From assembly GCA_043228905.1 (NCBI GenBank), contig JBHGNT010000014.1, positions 13,144,001 to 13,208,000 of the forward strand: a stretch of DNA of 64,000 nucleotides, given 5' to 3'. The DNA comes from Azolla caroliniana (Eukaryota > Plantae > Polypodiophyta). The notes below the pieces were generated by a model. It saw only the letters and a list, made by a program, of their open reading frames with translations, was not told the origin of the DNA and did no database searches. Position 1 is the first letter of the stretch, and each line of letters opens with the position of its first letter. Both the position numbers and the translations under genes were made by a program. This document shows positions 60,246 to 64,000 of this stretch, in pieces.

Positions 60246-63200
60246 TGTGAAAGTGTTTTTAAAATTCAAGCTATTGAAAATTAGAAGAATATAAGGTATG
60301 GAGCATTCACATTTGGAGGCAAAGAACACGAACCAAGACCTTAAGAAGAAGTCAAAACTAAAAGTAAGAGACACAGTGTCGTAGTGTGAATCACACAGTA
60401 TGTGAAATATATAAAATACTATATCCGATTTAAAGTACGTATAATAAATAAAATAAAATATTAAAAGTATATTTATTATGTGCATCAAGCAAGATTTGAA
60501 CCATATACCTATACATAGACAAACCCCAACCCTACCATTATACTAACTTATCCTTAGTATTTTAAATATAGATTTAATACTTATAAGACCTTTATTTACG
60601 CCTACCTTTATTAAAAAGGTAAGTCATGCATTTTTAGAGTACGTGAATACTTTATTTATAAGAAAAATGTAAACCAATAAAATATTACTCGTGCACTATA
60701 TTTAGGAAATAAAAGCATAGTGTAAAAAGCAACTCATGCACATTTAGTGTGCATGAACACTTTAGAAAAGGCATAGAGTCTATCTATAGAAAAATCATGG
60801 ATTGTTAAGACTGTCTCATCACTATAAAAGGATGAGGATCACAATGTAATAGGTGTGTGAAATATTTGGGAAATTGGATATATTTCCTAAAACACCAATT
60901 AATAAAATATATTTGCGGGATTCACGAAGTTTTATATAATCTACTCTTCCAATCTATGCTAAATTGTTATTAGTATTCTAAATATTAATAAATCTAATTA
61001 TATATACTTGTGGGATTCACAAGTTCTTTTATCTCTTTCTTATAATCTATTCATAACTAGACTCGTCTCAAACTCTTCCTCTTCTTAGACCAAAACCCTA
61101 GTGGTTCCCACCCGACTCACACAACGATCTGGCGCCGAAAGGCACGACACAAGTGGTGAACCCGACGTGAAAGCGGGTGGCAAGGAGATGGACAATCAAC
61201 AAGAGGCGATGAGCATAATGATGATGATGATTGAGCGGATGCAACAAGAACAACGCTTGATGTCGGAGATCAAATCGGAAGTAGAGCGGCTTGTGCAAAG
61301 AAACGGGCAATTCAATGGAAAGGATGTGTCACGTTATCTATGTAACTACAAGGCGGCGATGATGCGACATGGGATACCGGAAGGATTGCAAGTGATATCC
61401 TTCAGTCGCGTGGCCACGAATGAGCTACAAGAGAGAATCCACAAGATACGGCAATAAAACCCAACATGGGGATCCTTTGAAGAAGCTTTATGTGAGGCAC
61501 ATGACTACGAGAGATCGACGCGAGTTCGACGAATGGGTGGCATCGGAGAAGACCCAACGAAGTGCAACACAAGCATTTCTAGAGTTCGAGCATCGTTTTG
61601 CTTGACTCTCGGAGCGGGAATAAAGATTGTTGAGGGGGGATAAAGTCCTAATGTTCGTAAGATCGATCGATCAAAAAGAAAGGATGGACATCAGGATCCA
61701 ACTCGAAGATGATGACGTTGCAAATGGCCTTACCAAGGATTGGGTTGAAGTCGAAAGAGTATGCCGAAGACATGATAAGAGGAAGATGAGAATATCGTCG
61801 GCAACAACATGGCCTATAAGGGATGATCGATTAAGGATGAACGATGTGGCTGATACGAAGGCCGAAGTACGATTCGACGGTACCACGGGAGAGGGTGTGG
61901 AACAAGGCATCCTCTCATCTTGCGAAAGAACGACGGCCAAGGATAAGGTTGATGACTTGAGAGTGGCGACCACCACTTCAAGAATGGAAGAAGGTTTCGG
62001 AATACAAGTATCTAAAACATCGTGTGAAAAAGAGGTAAGCATAATCGATGCTTGCATGATCGAGGGAGATAAAGAGTGCGAGGCGGACTTGATTGAGGAG
62101 GTCGTCATGAAAGATGACATCGAATTGGAGGTGGCTATGGACGAATCAATGGCGGATGGCCATATGAAGACTTTCCCACCACTAGTTCTAGAGACTTCGG
62201 CGGTTGCGTTCGAAAGGCAACGTGAGACCAAAGAGACGGAAGGTGGCGGAGAGAAAACGAAGGCCGAAGCTGATGCATACAATGGAATGATAGCCAAGAA
62301 GGTGGATATGCGTGAAACGATGGAGAACAATAATAACGAGGATAATAATGGCGGTTGTGTCTGAGAAGCAACGTGAGACCGGAGAGACAGGAGGTGGCGG
62401 CAAGAAAGGTAAAGTCGGAAGCCGGTTTAGATGGAGGATGATCCAAACGGAATTCCGATCCGAAAGAAAGCTGACCCGAAAGGGGGTCGACTCGATCAAA
62501 ACCGATCGACCAAGTCTAATTCGGCCGAATGCAAATACGGATGGAAGCCGATCTAGTCGAAAGCCGATTGGACGAGACTGATCCGGAAAGAAGCTAATCC
62601 GACTTAGTCGGAGGTTGAACCGGTCGAGGCCAGTGAAAACGAGGAAAAGAAAACCAACCGAAACCGAAACCGATAGATCGAAACCAACCCGGAAGGGGGC
62701 CAAATCGGTAAAAACCGATCAACCGAGTCCGAATCGGCCAAATATGAATCCGATCGGAAGCCGATCCAACCGAACACCAATCAGACAAGACCGATCCAAA
62801 AAGAAGCTAATTCGACTCAACCGGAGGTCGAAGCAATCGAGGCCGGTGAACACGAGGAAGATGCCAAACAAGCACACTACCACAAACGACAAGGGCCAAG
62901 CGGATTTGAAGGGTATTATTAACGATGAGATCTTAACAAAAATGGTGAGCTCTAACATGAAGATTATCAACTCTAACACGAGAATATATGACAAAGGTGA
63001 ACAAAGTGGGAAGCATGGCACATGCACAAAACAAGGAGGGTTATGCTCAAGAGGATCACAAGGAGCCATGACAACCGGCCATGGCAATGCAAAGAGAGAA
63101 CAAAGAATATGGTGGATTGGATGGCGACAATGGTTCAGGTGGAAAGAGTGGATGTGCTCAAAATGGAGAGACAAAGTCGACATAGCAAGAGAAATGGAGG

Positions 63201-63654
63201 GGATTGCGAGTAAAGGAGAAATACAACAGCCGACAACCGGTAACCGGGCGGAGCAACATGAACATTTTAGAAAAGGCATAGAGTCTATCTATAGAAAAAG
63301 CATGGATTGTTAAGACTCTCTCATCACTATATAAGGATGAGGAGCACAATGTAATATGTGTGTGAAATATTTGGGAAATTGGATATATTTCCTAAAACAC
63401 AAATTAATAAAATATATTCGTGGGATTCACGAAGTTTTATATAATCTACTCTTCCAATCTATGCTAAAGTGTTATTAGGATTCTAAATATTAATAAATCT
63501 AATTATATATACTTGTGGGATTAACAAGTTCTTTTATCTTTTTCTTATAATCTATTCATAACTAGACTCGTCTCAAATTCTTCCACCTCCTAGTCCTAAA
63601 CCCTACTAGCTCCCACTCGACTCACGCAAAGATCTTGCGTCGAAAGGCACGACA
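60246..63654 (+). mobile_element. Non-autonomous (gag-like only) LTR element with tRNA-Trp PBS
   Basis: LTR ~60246-61149 and 5'-truncated LTR ~63257-63654 (both end GGCACGACA); PBS TGGTGAACCCGACGTGAA at 61154-61171; broken gag-like ORFs 61101-62364; no pol. Confidence 0.78.
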
Positions 63655-64000
63655 ATAGAGAAAAGTAAAAAGAGAAAAAGCTGATCACCCAAAAACTCTT
63701 CTATTTGTCACCCAAATATCATGTTTAACTATAGGTTAGAAAGCTTGTAAAGAGAGTTATTAGTAACTTTTTAAATCTCTAAATTTGGAGCTCGGATGAA
63801 GGAGATATGACGATTAGAAGGTCGTTGTGTCTTAACTAAAAATAGTCCGAGCTAAAAAGCTTCTAAAAATAGCGTGAACGAAGAAGAAGAGGAAGATTAT
63901 AAAAGAAGAAGTAATATCTTTAAAGAAAGAGGGGGAGAGGAGGACAAGTCTGGGTAGAGGAAAATAGAGTCTTAGAAGTGGAAGAGGGAGGCGTAGTCGA

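Noticed and set aside
62312-63313. Arg/Lys-rich ORFs as genuine genes
   Set aside because: They derive from a ~240-bp internal duplication (approx. 62420-62660 and 62660-62860) in a decayed retroelement.

Overview
Repeat-rich plant nuclear DNA, probably a fern or other non-seed plant (inferred from gene and element style). Host genes are two minus-strand germin-like protein (GLP) paralogues: one intact (5130-6264) and one disrupted in exon 1 by a very young, intact Copia retrotransposon with apparently identical 231-bp TA...CA LTRs (36735-41871). Most of the rest is nested, degenerate Copia/Gypsy elements and solo LTRs, many with readable target-site duplications (TSDs). The standout is a complete 10.7-kb DNA transposon (45087-55801) with 25-bp TIRs starting GGG, a 4-bp CATA TSD and a spliced Sola2-like DDD transposase. 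It carries a convergent 5-exon coiled-coil/RING gene and an FCP1/NIF-like phosphatase-fold ORF with a degenerate catalytic motif. Its largest introns are filled with roughly 20-bp-periodic arrays of the palindrome TAGCTAATTAGCTA, which also sits next to both TIRs. All calls are by eye; no searches were run.
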